From Candidatus Termititenax persephonae (GTDB taxonomy: Bacteria > Margulisbacteria > Termititenacia > Termititenacales > Termititenacaceae), in the NCBI GenBank assembly GCA_003864475.1, contig BGZO01000001.1:26799-90798 (forward strand): a DNA stretch of 64,000 nucleotides, written 5' to 3'. The notes under the pieces were generated by a model. It did not search any database and was not told the DNA's origin. It was given only the letters and a program-made list of their open reading frames with translations. The position numbers and the translations under genes were made by a program. Numbering within the stretch: the stretch's first letter is position 1; every line of letters begins with the position of its first letter. Positions 9,697 to 19,352 of this stretch are shown here, in pieces.

Positions 9697-10494
9697 TTGT
9701 ATTATTCTAACAGATATGCGAGTATTTTAAATATGGCGGAATTATTGGTCATCAAAATCGGCTCCAATGTTCTGACTGATAAATATGGCAGATTGGACAA
9801 ACGGAGTTTTCGGCGCATCGCCAAGCAAGTCAAGGAACTGTATCGGCAGGGCAATCAGGTGGTGCTGGTTTCTTCTGGCGCGGTGGTCTGCGGCATGGAG
9901 CGTCTGCGGCTGGACCAGCGGCAGCGCACGATTCCGCAGAAGCAGGCGGCGGCGGCGGTGGGGCAGACTTTGTTGATGAATTATTATGCCAAATTTATGC
10001 GCCCGCTGCCGGTGGGGCAGGTGCTTTTGACGGCTTTTGCCACCGCCAATAAAGAGCGTTCACAAAATCTCAGCAATACGATTAACCAGCTGCTGAAAAT
10101 GCAGGTCATTCCGATTATCAATGAGAATGACTCAGTGGTTGTGGAGGAAATCAAGTTCGGCGACAACGATACTCTCTCCGCGCAGGTCGCGGTTCTTTTG
10201 GGCGCAGCTAAGCTGTTGATGCTGACCGACATTGACGGCCTCTATGACAGCAACCCGCGCGTGAATCCTCGGGCGCGTTTGCTCCGGGTCGTCGCTAAAG
10301 TAACGCCGGAGATTGTGAAAATGGCGGGCGGCGCGGGTACGCATAAAGGCACGGGCGGCATGTTTTCCAAGGTGCAAGCCGCCCGGCTGGCGACCGCCGC
10401 GGGCGTGGAGACCTGTATTGTCAATGGTTTGCGGAGCGGCATTTTGCCTGCCGCCTTGCGGCGCACGGCGGACTGTACTTGGTTTAAAGTCTGA
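9697..10494 (+). CDS. proB: glutamate 5-kinase (ProB, kinase domain only, no PUA)
   Basis: LVIKIGSNVLT...VVLVSSGAVVCG...KQAAAAVGQTLLM matches the amino-acid kinase fold of ProB. An alternative start is the ATG at 9733 (MAELLVIKIG). Confidence 0.75.
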   Translation: MYYSNRYASILNMAELLVIKIGSNVLTDKYGRLDKRSFRRIAKQVKELYRQGNQVVLVSSGAVVCGMERLRLDQRQRTIPQKQAAAAVGQTLLMNYYAKFMRPLPVGQVLLTAFATANKERSQNLSNTINQLLKMQVIPIINENDSVVVEEIKFGDNDTLSAQVAVLLGAAKLLMLTDIDGLYDSNPRVNPRARLLRVVAKVTPEIVKMAGGAGTHKGTGGMFSKVQAARLATAAGVETCIVNGLRSGILPAALRRTADCTWFKV

Positions 10495-10585
10495 AGCGAA
10501 AAATATTTTGCCGGGCCACTTTAGAGTACGGCTAATAATGTACGGAGCAAAAATATTTTTTTAGACTAATCTGGAAGGAGAAAAC

Positions 10586-11350
10586 ATGGAGAATACTATG
10601 GAGAATACTAAGGTCATTATTCTTGCCGCTGGCCAAGGGACGCGGATGCGCTCGGACTTGGCCAAAGTTTTGCATGAGGTCAAGGGACAGCCCATGATTG
10701 GCCGTGTTTTGGACATGGTGGGGCTGGTCAGTCCTGACGAGATTTATCTGGTCATCGGTCATCAGGCCGAGCGGGTCAAGGCGGCGACCGCCCGCTATGA
10801 CGTGATTTATGTCGAGCAAAAAGTACAGCTCGGCACGGGACACGCCGTGCTGATGGCCGAGCCTGCCTTGAAAAATTATGATGGCTTGACCATCATCCTC
10901 TGCGGCGACGTGCCGCTGCTGCGCGGCGAGACGGTCAAGGAGCTGCGTGCCAAATGTTTGGCGGAAAAACTGGACGGGATTATCCTGACCGTGCGGCTGG
11001 ACGACCCGCAGCATTACGGGCGCATCGTGCGCGGCCCCACGGGTCAGGTCGAGCGCATCGTGGAATACCGCGATGCCACGGACGCGGAAAAAAAGATTGA
11101 CGAGGTTAACAGCGGGATTTATTGTTTTCGCACGCGGGAGTTATTTGCCGCGCTGCGGCAAATCCAGAACCAGAACGACCAGCGGGAATATTATTTGACG
11201 GACGTGATTGGCATCATGGCCGGGCAGGGCAAAACAATCGGTACGCTCCTGACAGCCGACGCGGGTCAGGTTCAGGGCGTGAATGACCTTGAGGATTTGC
11301 GGCGAGCCGAGGCTAGGTTGCAGTCCTCGCCGCACTGCGCCGCCCGCTAA
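10586..11350 (+). CDS. sugar-1-phosphate nucleotidyltransferase, GlmU N-terminal (uridyltransferase) domain only
   Basis: VIILAAGQGTRMRSDLAKVLH...GTGHAV...LCGDVPLL...YYLTDVI aligns along the GlmU pyrophosphorylase domain. No left-handed beta-helix acetyltransferase domain is present. Good SD. Confidence 0.7.
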   Translation: MENTMENTKVIILAAGQGTRMRSDLAKVLHEVKGQPMIGRVLDMVGLVSPDEIYLVIGHQAERVKAATARYDVIYVEQKVQLGTGHAVLMAEPALKNYDGLTIILCGDVPLLRGETVKELRAKCLAEKLDGIILTVRLDDPQHYGRIVRGPTGQVERIVEYRDATDAEKKIDEVNSGIYCFRTRELFAALRQIQNQNDQREYYLTDVIGIMAGQGKTIGTLLTADAGQVQGVNDLEDLRRAEARLQSSPHCAAR

Positions 11351-12363
11351 TTCAGGCTCAGGTCGTCCAGATAAAACACGCCGCGTGTTTGGGCGGGGAG
11401 ATAGACGCGCAAGCCATAATAATCTTCACTGCTCGTGATGGGCAGAGTGATTCTTTGCCAGGTTGGCTCGTACAGCGTGATTTGGTAACGCTTGACCCGG
11501 TACGGCTCGCCGAACTTAGCTTTCTTGTGTTCAGCGGTGGCCTCCGGCACAAGTTCCAATGTCAGCGGCGAATCACTGCGCAGGGCGAGGCTGGTTTTGG
11601 TCAGCTTGAGGCGGTTGTTTTTCTGATGATACGGGGTCATGGGAAAAAAGATTTCTGCCGGGCTGGTCTTGGTCTCAAAAACACATTGCAGGGACTGCCC
11701 GCTGGAACCGTAACGCCCCTCGCTCTCGACGGTCAATTGCAGTTCGGCGCCGCGGGTAGCCACGGACGGCAAGTCCTCATAGAGGCTTTTTAAGCCGTTG
11801 TCAAAATTATAGACCACTTGGTAATTGGCGCGTTGGTTTTCTTTTTTCTCCAAAGTGATGTCATCCAAATACAAAGTCAGCTCCTCGGTATCCTCCGCCA
11901 GCGTCTGAAACTGAATATATATCTTGCGCAGGTCATGGATATTGATGTCGCGATTGGCCAGCGGATACTCGGCTTTTTGCCATTGCTGGGTGATTTGCTT
12001 ATGGGGCAGGTATTCTTTGATATTCTCAAAGGCGGTTATTTTCCGGCTGTCGGCCAGCGCGATTTGCATCTCGCAGTCCTCGTCTGTCTTGCAGAAAAAA
12101 GTTAGAATATCGACATCTTCAGGACTGCTCATGCCCTCGATGACGACTAACGCCGCGCCGGCGGCGGTCGACCCGCTGAATTTTACGGCTTGGCCTTCCA
12201 GCGGCGTGAAATCATCAACGACCGTGATGGACAGCGTTGGATAGCTGGGCGGAATCAGTGTTTTATAACTGCCGTTAAAATCCTGCCAAACCCCGGCCAC
12301 CAATAGCTGGCTGAGAGTTAAGATTATCCAGAAAAGTTTATTGCTCATTTTTTTACACCTCAT
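11347..12363 (-). CDS. hypothetical secreted protein (signal peptide)
   Basis: N-terminus MRCKKMSNKLFWIILTLSQLLVAGVWQD is signal-peptide-like. 338 aa. No family recognised. Confidence 0.5.
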   Translation of the reverse strand: MRCKKMSNKLFWIILTLSQLLVAGVWQDFNGSYKTLIPPSYPTLSITVVDDFTPLEGQAVKFSGSTAAGAALVVIEGMSSPEDVDILTFFCKTDEDCEMQIALADSRKITAFENIKEYLPHKQITQQWQKAEYPLANRDINIHDLRKIYIQFQTLAEDTEELTLYLDDITLEKKENQRANYQVVYNFDNGLKSLYEDLPSVATRGAELQLTVESEGRYGSSGQSLQCVFETKTSPAEIFFPMTPYHQKNNRLKLTKTSLALRSDSPLTLELVPEATAEHKKAKFGEPYRVKRYQITLYEPTWQRITLPITSSEDYYGLRVYLPAQTRGVFYLDDLSLN

Positions 12364-12372
12364 TCTTTAGCG

Positions 12373-12930
12373 TCAAGGGGCAGAAGACTTATTCGACGGG
12401 AGATAGATTAAGGGCAGGAGCGGATTTTTTTGCTGGTAATAATCGGCCAAGAAGTCTGGGATGCTGGTATTTTTGTCTAAAGTTACAAACTTATAGACAG
12501 GGGTTTCTATTTCCGCGGCGTACTCGACCAGCCCGGCGGACGGCTGGGCAATGGCGGCAAAGTTGAGATAAGTAAAAGTATGCTCGTAGTGGTCAGGCTG
12601 GTCGGGCAGTAGCAGGCCGAGGCGGATTAAATATTTATGCTGGGCGATATACAGCTTCGCTTCTGCCAACTCGTTGACGGAGACCGTCCCCGTCAGCAGA
12701 ACGCTGATGTCGGCGGTGGGGTATTGGTCGGCCAGACTTTTTATGTCCGCAGCCGTGGCGTTGGCCGTGGGGTAATAGAGACAATTTCTTTTGGCTCCCG
12801 TATGCTCCGCCAGAGCCTCAATAGAGTCGACCGCCAGAATATACTCGCGTGGCCGCCAAAAATCGAGCGGCTTATCGCCCAAAGCCAGCCCCAGACTGAA
12901 CAATAATAGAAAAATAATCCCCCGCGACAT
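12373..12930 (-). CDS. hypothetical secreted protein
   Basis: The ORF runs to 13023, but Met at 12930 begins the signal-like MSRGIIFLLLFSLGLALG. Tandem with the previous secreted protein. Confidence 0.45.
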   Translation of the reverse strand: MSRGIIFLLLFSLGLALGDKPLDFWRPREYILAVDSIEALAEHTGAKRNCLYYPTANATAADIKSLADQYPTADISVLLTGTVSVNELAEAKLYIAQHKYLIRLGLLLPDQPDHYEHTFTYLNFAAIAQPSAGLVEYAAEIETPVYKFVTLDKNTSIPDFLADYYQQKNPLLPLIYLPSNKSSAP

Positions 12931-13094
12931 TCCGTTAATATATACAGATGCCAAAATATTTGCAACAAGTTTTAATTTTGGCGGGCCGAAGCTTGGGGGG
13001 AGCGGCTGGGCGGGGAGAACCAAGCCAGCCCCCTAAAACCTTGTAAAAAAGCATTGCCCGGTGTAGAATTGGGCGACTTTTTTAAGGAGTTTTT

Positions 13095-13313
13095 ATGCAA
13101 AAAGACATTCATCCTGATTATCACGAGGTCGTGGCGACTTGCGCCTGCGGCGCCCAGTTTAAGACCGGCTCGACGCTGAAAGAAATCCGCGTGGACATCT
13201 GTTCGGCCTGCCACCCGCTCTTCACGGGCAAGCAGAAGATTATGGACACCGAGGGTCGCGTAGACAAATTTATGAAAAAACTGGCCGCCGCCAAAAAGAA
13301 ACCTGCCAAGTAA
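13095..13313 (+). CDS. rpmE: 50S ribosomal protein L31
   Basis: [12 protein letters not shown]...CxxC...CxxCHP zinc ribbon, 72 aa. SD GGAG upstream. Confidence 0.9.
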   Translation: MQKDIHPDYHEVVATCACGAQFKTGSTLKEIRVDICSACHPLFTGKQKIMDTEGRVDKFMKKLAAAKKKPAK

Positions 13314-13338
13314 TAGTCTGTTTTTTTAGGGAGCTGTC

Positions 13339-14442
13339 GTGGGTGAAGAAGGCGGAGATAAGACAGAGGAGCCTACGCCCCATAAATTACAGGAATTGCG
13401 GAAAAAAGGTCAGGTCGCCCATTCCAAAGAAATAACCACCGCTATTTTGTTGATTGTCGCCTACCGTACTTTCGCGGGGCAGGCGGAAAATATCTGGCTG
13501 CGTCTGCTCAATTTCGCCCAGGAAATGTTCCGGCAGATTGCCACGGCTCGGGACATTAATCTGGGTACCTTTGCCGGGCTTTTTTCTTACGGCGTGTACA
13601 CGATTTTGACCAGTATTATTGTTCTCTTGCTGGTTATCTTTGCGGTAACAATTATTGTCAGCATGGCGCAGACGCAGTTTTTGTTTTCCGGCGAGTCGTT
13701 GAAGCCCGACCTCAATAAACTCAATCCCTTGAGCGGCTTGAAACGGATTTTTTCGCTAAAGGGCTTGATTCAGATTTTAATTACGGCGGTCAAGATTATC
13801 TTGGTGGCTTGGGTAACGGTTTCGATTATCATGAGCCACATCGGCACGGTTATCAATTCCATGGTGCTGGACCCCTTCACCATCATGCTTTTTGCCGGGC
13901 AAATGGTCATGGAGATTGCCACCAAGGTGGGCTGGTTGTACATCGTGATTGCGATTTTGGATTATATGTATCAGCGTTACGAATTTAATAAGAATGCCAA
14001 GATGACCAAGCAGGAAGTCAAAGAAGAATACAAGCGCTTGGAGGGCGACCCGACCATCAAGCAGGCGCAAAAACAGAAGCAGCGCGAGATGTCCCAGAAA
14101 CGCCAGAAAGGTTCTGTTCCCGGCGCGGACGTGGTGGTAACCAATCCGGTACACTTGGCCTGCGCTGTCCGCTACAAGCCGGAGGTGGACAAGGCTCCGG
14201 TCCTGCTGGCCAAGGGGCAGCGAATCTTTGCGCAGGAGATTAAGGATATCGCCGAGGAACACAATGTGCCGATTGTGGAAAACGAGGTTTTGGCGCGGCA
14301 GATTTATGACACCACCGAGGTGGGCAATGAAGTGCCGCCGGAACTTTACCGCGCGATTGCCGAGGTTTTGGCGTTTGTCTATAAGCTGGGGCGCAACCGC
14401 GGCAAGAATAAATATAAACCAATCGTCGACAATAAGAATTAA
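13339..14442 (+). CDS. flhB: flagellar/type III secretion export apparatus protein FlhB (SctU family)
   Basis: GTG start. TEEPTPHKLQELRKKGQV N-terminus, four TM helices and the autocleavage-type motif NPVHLA (NPTH variant). Confidence 0.8.
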   Translation: MGEEGGDKTEEPTPHKLQELRKKGQVAHSKEITTAILLIVAYRTFAGQAENIWLRLLNFAQEMFRQIATARDINLGTFAGLFSYGVYTILTSIIVLLLVIFAVTIIVSMAQTQFLFSGESLKPDLNKLNPLSGLKRIFSLKGLIQILITAVKIILVAWVTVSIIMSHIGTVINSMVLDPFTIMLFAGQMVMEIATKVGWLYIVIAILDYMYQRYEFNKNAKMTKQEVKEEYKRLEGDPTIKQAQKQKQREMSQKRQKGSVPGADVVVTNPVHLACAVRYKPEVDKAPVLLAKGQRIFAQEIKDIAEEHNVPIVENEVLARQIYDTTEVGNEVPPELYRAIAEVLAFVYKLGRNRGKNKYKPIVDNKN

Positions 14443-14506
14443 TAGCATCTCCGCGCAAAATATGCTAAATTTAGACCAATAGAGGGGACAGAGGGGGAGT
14501 TTTGCT

Positions 14507-16630
14507 TTGGTAGCGACAACGACGACCGACCAGCCCAAAACCAACGGCTTGCGGGACTTGTTCCGCGGCGGCGACCTTGGTGTTTTAGCGGCCTTGGTCT
14601 TGATTATCGCCATGATGATTATCCCCTTGCCGACTTGGCTGTTGGATATTCTCATGGTTTTTTCCATCTCGATTGGCATCGTGATGCTTTTGATTTCTAT
14701 GTTTTTGCAAAAAGCCCTCGACCTATTGTCTTTCCCGTCGATTGTGCTGGTGGTTACGCTTTTCCGCTTGGCCTTGAATATCTCCTCGACCCGCTTGATT
14801 TTGAGCCAAGGCAAGGCTTTTGACGGGCAGGTCATCATGGCTTTTGCGGATTTTGTAACGGGCGGTAATTTCGTGGTCGGCGGCGTGATTTTCGTGATTA
14901 TCACGCTGGTCAATTTTATCGTGATTACCAAGGGCGCGGAGCGCGTCGCCGAAGTCGCGGCGCGGTTTACTTTGGACGCTATGCCCGGCAAGCAAATGTC
15001 TATCGACGCGGACTTGAACGCGGGCTTGATTGACGGCGACATGGCCAAAAAACGCCGCGAAGATTTGTCTAAAGAATCTTCATTCTTCGGCGCGATGGAT
15101 GGCGCGAACAAATTTGTGCGCGGTGACGCGATTGCGGGCATAGTCATTTTGATTGTGGAAATGCTCGGCGGTTTGGCGATTGGCATGATGCAACAAGGCA
15201 TGGAGATGAGCGAGGCGGGCAATCTTTTCTTTAAACTGACGATTGGCGACGGCTTGGTCAGCCAGGTGCCGGCCTTGCTCATGTCCATCGCGACTGGTTT
15301 GGTTGTTACCAAGTCGGCTTCGGCGGATTCTTTGGGCGCGGACTTGATTGGACAATTGGGTAATCAACCGCGCGCCTTTGCCTTTGCCGCGTTGGTGCTG
15401 GGGCTTTTCGGCATTGTTCCCGGTCTGCCGACCGCGCCGTTCCTTGTCCTAGCTGGTTTGCTGGGCGCGGTGGCTTTTGCCATTATGCGTTCCAAAGCCA
15501 AGGCGGAGATGGCGGAGCTGGGCAGGGCGCTGGGGACGAGCGGCGAGGATGCCGCCAAGGAAGCCATGAAAAAGCCGGAGAGCTTGCTCAGCACTTTGGC
15601 TCTCGACCCTATCGCGCTGAAGACTGGCCGCAATCTGGTGCCGCTGATTGACCCCAGCCAAGACGGTCCCTTGCTGGAGAGAATCACGCTCATTCGTTAC
15701 CATATCGGGCAGGAGCTGGGTTTTGTCATTCCTGGAGTGCGTGTCATGGACGACCTCTCCCTGCCGCCCAATGAGTATGTCGTGGAAATCCGCGGCACGA
15801 AAATCTCTAACGGCGTGGCCTTGGTCAATTATCACTATGTGCCGCAGTCCGTCCAGGAGCTGTCGGCCAAAAATATTACCGCCGAGGAGACCGTCGACCC
15901 CGTAACCAAACTGCCCGGCGCGTGGGTGGTTGATGATTTTCTGCCGCAACTGCAGGAGGCGGGCATTACGGTCATGTCCCCGGTGGACTATATCGCCAAT
16001 CATTTTACGGAAGTCGTGAAACAACATGCCGACGAGATTATGACGCGGCAGAATGTCCAGTCCCTGCTGGAATTGGTCAAAAACACCAACGCGGCGATTG
16101 TCCGCGAGCTGGTGCCGGACATGCTTTCTTTGGGGCAGGTGCATAAGGTTTTGCAATTGCTGGTCAAGGAGAGAATCTCCATCCGCGACCTCTCGACTAT
16201 CTTGGAGCGGCTGGCGGATTACGCGCATGTTTCCCGTGATACCAGTCTGCTGGCGGAGTATGTGCGGCAGGCCTTGGCGCGGCAGATTTGCTCGCAGTAC
16301 GCGGACAAGGATGACACGTTGACCGTGCTGACCATCGACCCGCGTTTGGAAGAGACGATGATTGGCTCGTTGCATCATTCCGAGTACGGCTCGTTTTTGG
16401 CGATTGACCCCTCGGTCGGCGAAAAAATACTGGGACAGCTGCAGGAATATATGCCGTACTTCAAGAAAATCAACAGTCCTGTGGTCGTGCTTTGTTCGCC
16501 GCGTTTGCGCCCGCACTTCAAGCGCTTTACCGAGCGTAATTATCCCAATATTGTCGTCTTGTCTTACAACGAAATTGTGCCGCAAATCAAAGTACAGTCC
16601 ATTGGCATTTTGGCCGTCGATGAATATTAG
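14507..16630 (+). CDS. flhA: flagellar/type III secretion export apparatus protein FlhA (SctV family)
   Basis: TTG start with a GGGGGAG SD. 707 aa, with a TM domain plus a large cytoplasmic domain. Conserved FlhA blocks (VVGGVIFVIITLVNFIVITKGAERVAEVAARFTLDAMPGKQMSIDADL). Confidence 0.85.
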   Translation: MVATTTTDQPKTNGLRDLFRGGDLGVLAALVLIIAMMIIPLPTWLLDILMVFSISIGIVMLLISMFLQKALDLLSFPSIVLVVTLFRLALNISSTRLILSQGKAFDGQVIMAFADFVTGGNFVVGGVIFVIITLVNFIVITKGAERVAEVAARFTLDAMPGKQMSIDADLNAGLIDGDMAKKRREDLSKESSFFGAMDGANKFVRGDAIAGIVILIVEMLGGLAIGMMQQGMEMSEAGNLFFKLTIGDGLVSQVPALLMSIATGLVVTKSASADSLGADLIGQLGNQPRAFAFAALVLGLFGIVPGLPTAPFLVLAGLLGAVAFAIMRSKAKAEMAELGRALGTSGEDAAKEAMKKPESLLSTLALDPIALKTGRNLVPLIDPSQDGPLLERITLIRYHIGQELGFVIPGVRVMDDLSLPPNEYVVEIRGTKISNGVALVNYHYVPQSVQELSAKNITAEETVDPVTKLPGAWVVDDFLPQLQEAGITVMSPVDYIANHFTEVVKQHADEIMTRQNVQSLLELVKNTNAAIVRELVPDMLSLGQVHKVLQLLVKERISIRDLSTILERLADYAHVSRDTSLLAEYVRQALARQICSQYADKDDTLTVLTIDPRLEETMIGSLHHSEYGSFLAIDPSVGEKILGQLQEYMPYFKKINSPVVVLCSPRLRPHFKRFTERNYPNIVVLSYNEIVPQIKVQSIGILAVDEY

Positions 16631-17315
16631 CATTGAAATTGATTACCCCCGCGGCGCGGCGGAAAATATGCGCAGAGACGAGACAGCTTTTTCTTGGCGT
16701 GAAAACGGCATTCTCTCCGGGGCTTATTTGCGTTTTTATTCTTGGCGCGCGCCCGCCATCAGCTTAGGCTATGCCCAAGAGCCAGAAAAAGTGTTTGCCG
16801 TCCGCAAGGCACAGGAACAGGGCGTGGAACTGACGCGGCGGATTACGGGCGGCGGGCTGGTCCTGCATCAGCCCCAAGAGTTGACTTATTGCTTGGTCGC
16901 GCCGCTGAACTTTTGGCCGGAAGGCATCCTGCTCTCCTGCAAGGCCGTCTCCGGTATTTTTATTGCTGCTTTGAGGAAAATGAAAATCAGGGCGCGTCTG
17001 GCGGCCAATCCCGGCGGGGGAGATGATTTTGCCCGGGATATTTGTTTTCTACGCCCGGCCAAGTATGAGGTGGTAGCGGGCGGCAGGAAACTGCTTGGGT
17101 CGGCGCAGAAGCGCGGGCGGTTTTATCTCTTACAGCACGGCTCCTTGCCGCTGACCCCGATTTGGCCGGGCTTTGCGGAGCTATTGGACATACGCCACAT
17201 CCGCCGCAACTCCACCAATATGCAAAGCCTGACCGGGCAGACCTATCGTTATCAGGATGTGGCGCAGATTATCGCCGCGGAGTTTCAACGCGCCGAGTTT
17301 CCGCCGGGCGGCTGA
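16620..17315 (+). CDS. lipoate-protein ligase / octanoyltransferase family protein (BPL/LPL catalytic domain)
   Basis: In-frame ATG at 16620 gives MNISIEIDYPRG. The RRITGGGLVLHQ motif matches the LplA/LipM-type RRxxGGGAVxHD. The ORF track start at 16362 overlaps flhA. Confidence 0.65.
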   Translation: MNISIEIDYPRGAAENMRRDETAFSWRENGILSGAYLRFYSWRAPAISLGYAQEPEKVFAVRKAQEQGVELTRRITGGGLVLHQPQELTYCLVAPLNFWPEGILLSCKAVSGIFIAALRKMKIRARLAANPGGGDDFARDICFLRPAKYEVVAGGRKLLGSAQKRGRFYLLQHGSLPLTPIWPGFAELLDIRHIRRNSTNMQSLTGQTYRYQDVAQIIAAEFQRAEFPPGG

Positions 17316-17333
17316 GTATGTTAAAATAAAAGG

Positions 17334-17657
17334 GTGTGTATTTTCTGCCAAATAATTCGGAAAGAAATCCCCGCCGCCCCGCTTTATGAGGACGAGGAGA
17401 CGTTAATCATTCCAGACCTCAATCCGCAAGCCCCGTTGCACTGGCTGATTATGCCCAAGGCTCATGTGGAAAATCTTACCCAGGCCGCGCCGGAGCAGGT
17501 GGCCGCCTGCGTCAGGGCTATGCAAAAACTGGTCAAAGAAAAAAATATTACCGACTACCGTCTAATCGTGAATAGCGGTGCGGAAGCCGGGCAGACCGTG
17601 CCGCATCTGCATTTTCATTTGCTGTCCGGGCGCGGCTTGGGTTGGCCGCCGGGGTAA
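17334..17657 (+). CDS. HIT family protein (histidine triad nucleotide-binding)
   Basis: HIT motif HLHFHLL near the C-terminus; 107 aa. Confidence 0.8.
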   Translation: MCIFCQIIRKEIPAAPLYEDEETLIIPDLNPQAPLHWLIMPKAHVENLTQAAPEQVAACVRAMQKLVKEKNITDYRLIVNSGAEAGQTVPHLHFHLLSGRGLGWPPG

Positions 17658-17779
17658 GGCAGGCTGCGGCTCTTAGATTAAGACGCTGGCAGAGAGCGGA
17701 TTATTTGGCAGTGAGGGCGGGTGATTTGCCAATTAGCGCCAACGCTGGGTATAATTAACTCTCGGGTTTTTTGTTACAC

Positions 17780-17855
17780 GGGGATGTAGCTCAGTTGGTA
17801 GAGCACTGCGTTCGCAATGCAGGGGTCAGGGATTCGAATTCCCTCATCTCCACCA
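17780..17855 (+). tRNA. tRNA-Ala (anticodon CGC), CCA encoded
   Basis: Cloverleaf folded by hand: acceptor GGGGATG/CATCTCC with G3:U70, D-stem GCTC/GAGC, anticodon loop TTCGCAA, T-loop TTCGAAT, then ACCA. Confidence 0.85.
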
Positions 17856-17957
17856 GAAATTTCACGAGTAGGCCAGTACGCGGCGAAGATTTTAGATAAA
17901 ATCCCAGAATGGCTGGGCCGTGTTTTAAATTTTTAACATTTTACCCCGTGCGCAAAT

Positions 17958-17986
17958 TTTACATTTTTGTCAAAATGCGGTAAAAT
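17958..17986 (+). promoter_or_regulatory. sigma70-like promoter TTTACA-N17-TAAAAT upstream of rpsU
   Basis: Hexamers read directly about 35 nt upstream of the rpsU SD. Confidence 0.45.
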
Positions 17987-18022
17987 TTGGCAAGTTTTTT
18001 TACTTTTTCTAAGGAGGTTTAC

Positions 18023-18220
18023 ATGGCTTACGCTGAGGCAAGAGATAATGAAGATATCGAAAAAGTTCTGCGCCGATTCAAGAGACAGGTCAAGGACGAG
18101 AATATTCTCCAAGATTTACGTGAAAGAGAAGTGTACGAAAAGCCCTCAGAACTACGCAAGAAAGAACAACGCGAAAGAGAACGCCAAAACTACCGCCGGA
18201 TGCGTCTGGAAGAATACTAA
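18023..18220 (+). CDS. rpsU: 30S ribosomal protein S21
   Basis: ATG at 18023 is preceded by [23 protein letters not shown]...REVYEKPSE...RRMR is an S21 signature. The ORF track start at 17987 is an N-extension. Confidence 0.85.
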   Translation: MAYAEARDNEDIEKVLRRFKRQVKDENILQDLREREVYEKPSELRKKEQRERERQNYRRMRLEEY

Positions 18221-18226
18221 AACGCG

Positions 18227-19351
18227 ATGTTACTGGGGGGGCGGAGCGGATTGAAAATCCTCGACAGATACATGTTGAGCGAATTATTGATGCTTTTTGG
18301 CTTGGGTATGGCGGCTTTGGTCATTATCGGCACGATTGATTTGGTTTTCAGCTTGATTGATATGTTCGTCAATAATGGTGTACCGTTTCCCGTCGTTTTT
18401 AAAATTTTGATTTTTAAGATTCCGGCTATTATGGTGCTGTTTTTCCCGATGGCGGTGCTTTTTGCCGTGGCCATCACGCTGATTCGGATGATTACCGCCT
18501 CGGAAATCACGGCCTTGCGCGCGGGCGGCTTGTCGCTGCTGCGAATTACCGCGCCGATTGTCGGCGCGGGAGTGCTGGCGGCTTGCTTGTCTTTTGCCAA
18601 TAATGACCTGCTGACCCCTTGGGCCAACGCTGTGTCCGACGGTCTGATTGACAAGGCTGTTCTGAAAAAACCGCTGACGGATATTCTCGAAAACACTTTT
18701 TTTCGGGAGTCCGAGTCGCGTTATTTTTATATCCGCCGGATTGATAGGCGCACCGATGTCATGGAAGACATTGCGGTTTATGAGCTGACCAATAATTTTC
18801 CGCGCGTCATCACCGCCAAACGCGCTTATTGGGACGGCAGTGAGTGGCGTTTGGAGAACGGCATTATCCACAAGTATGACGAGCAGGGCGTTTTGTCTTA
18901 CCAAGGCAATTTCGCGCAGTTGAGCCTCAATATTGGGCGCAGTTTTTATAATTATTACAAGTCGCAAAAAACACCGTCCGAAATGTCCACCCAAGAATTG
19001 CGCGGGCGCATCGCGGAGCTGCGGTCGAGCGGCGTGGCGACCAGCGCTTTGCAGACCGCCTATCACTTGAAGTACTCCATGCCAGCGGCTTGTTTGATTT
19101 TTGCCCTGGTCGGCACGGCCCTGCTCTTGCTTGCCTTGGGGCATGGGCGCGATGTGTGGAGCGTGGTGGTCGCGGTTATTTTGGCGCTGCTCTCCGTGGG
19201 TTTTTATTTTTTCCTCATGGCGGCTTTTCGCGCTTGGGGACGCGGCGGCATGGTTACGCCTTTTTGGGCGGCTTGGTCGCCCAATTTTATTTACGGCTCT
19301 TTGGCGGCGGGCATCATTGGCGTGCGTAATTTTAGCAAAGGCGGGGGCTGA
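18227..19351 (+). CDS. LptF/LptG family permease (YjgP/YjgQ)
   Basis: N-terminal ILDRYMLSELL motif, six TM segments and a periplasmic beta-jellyroll region. An alternative TTG start near 18251. Confidence 0.7.
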   Translation: MLLGGRSGLKILDRYMLSELLMLFGLGMAALVIIGTIDLVFSLIDMFVNNGVPFPVVFKILIFKIPAIMVLFFPMAVLFAVAITLIRMITASEITALRAGGLSLLRITAPIVGAGVLAACLSFANNDLLTPWANAVSDGLIDKAVLKKPLTDILENTFFRESESRYFYIRRIDRRTDVMEDIAVYELTNNFPRVITAKRAYWDGSEWRLENGIIHKYDEQGVLSYQGNFAQLSLNIGRSFYNYYKSQKTPSEMSTQELRGRIAELRSSGVATSALQTAYHLKYSMPAACLIFALVGTALLLLALGHGRDVWSVVVAVILALLSVGFYFFLMAAFRAWGRGGMVTPFWAAWSPNFIYGSLAAGIIGVRNFSKGGG

Positions 19352-19352
19352 C

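Noticed and set aside
10586-10609. The exact 12-nt tandem duplication ATGGAGAATACT x2 at the start of the GlmU-like gene, considered as a regulatory repeat.
   Set aside because: A single duplication, in-frame, adding four residues. It is more likely a trivial slippage event than a functional element.
13777-16633. Long antisense ORFs (13777..15312 minus, 511 aa; 15449..16633 minus, 394 aa) overlapping flhB/flhA. Similar ones occur opposite the ABC genes (4457..5434), lptF/G (18284..19354), the TPR gene (20988..21725) and proS (36461..37231).
   Set aside because: The opposite-strand genes have strong family-level signatures. The antisense ORFs are low-complexity and Arg/Gln/His-rich, the typical shadow ORFs of GC-rich coding sequence.
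19101-19352. The longer 870-aa version of the TPR gene starting at 19101.
   Set aside because: It overlaps the LptF/G-like gene for 250 nt in another frame. The ATG at 19353 immediately follows the upstream stop and begins a sensible N-terminus.
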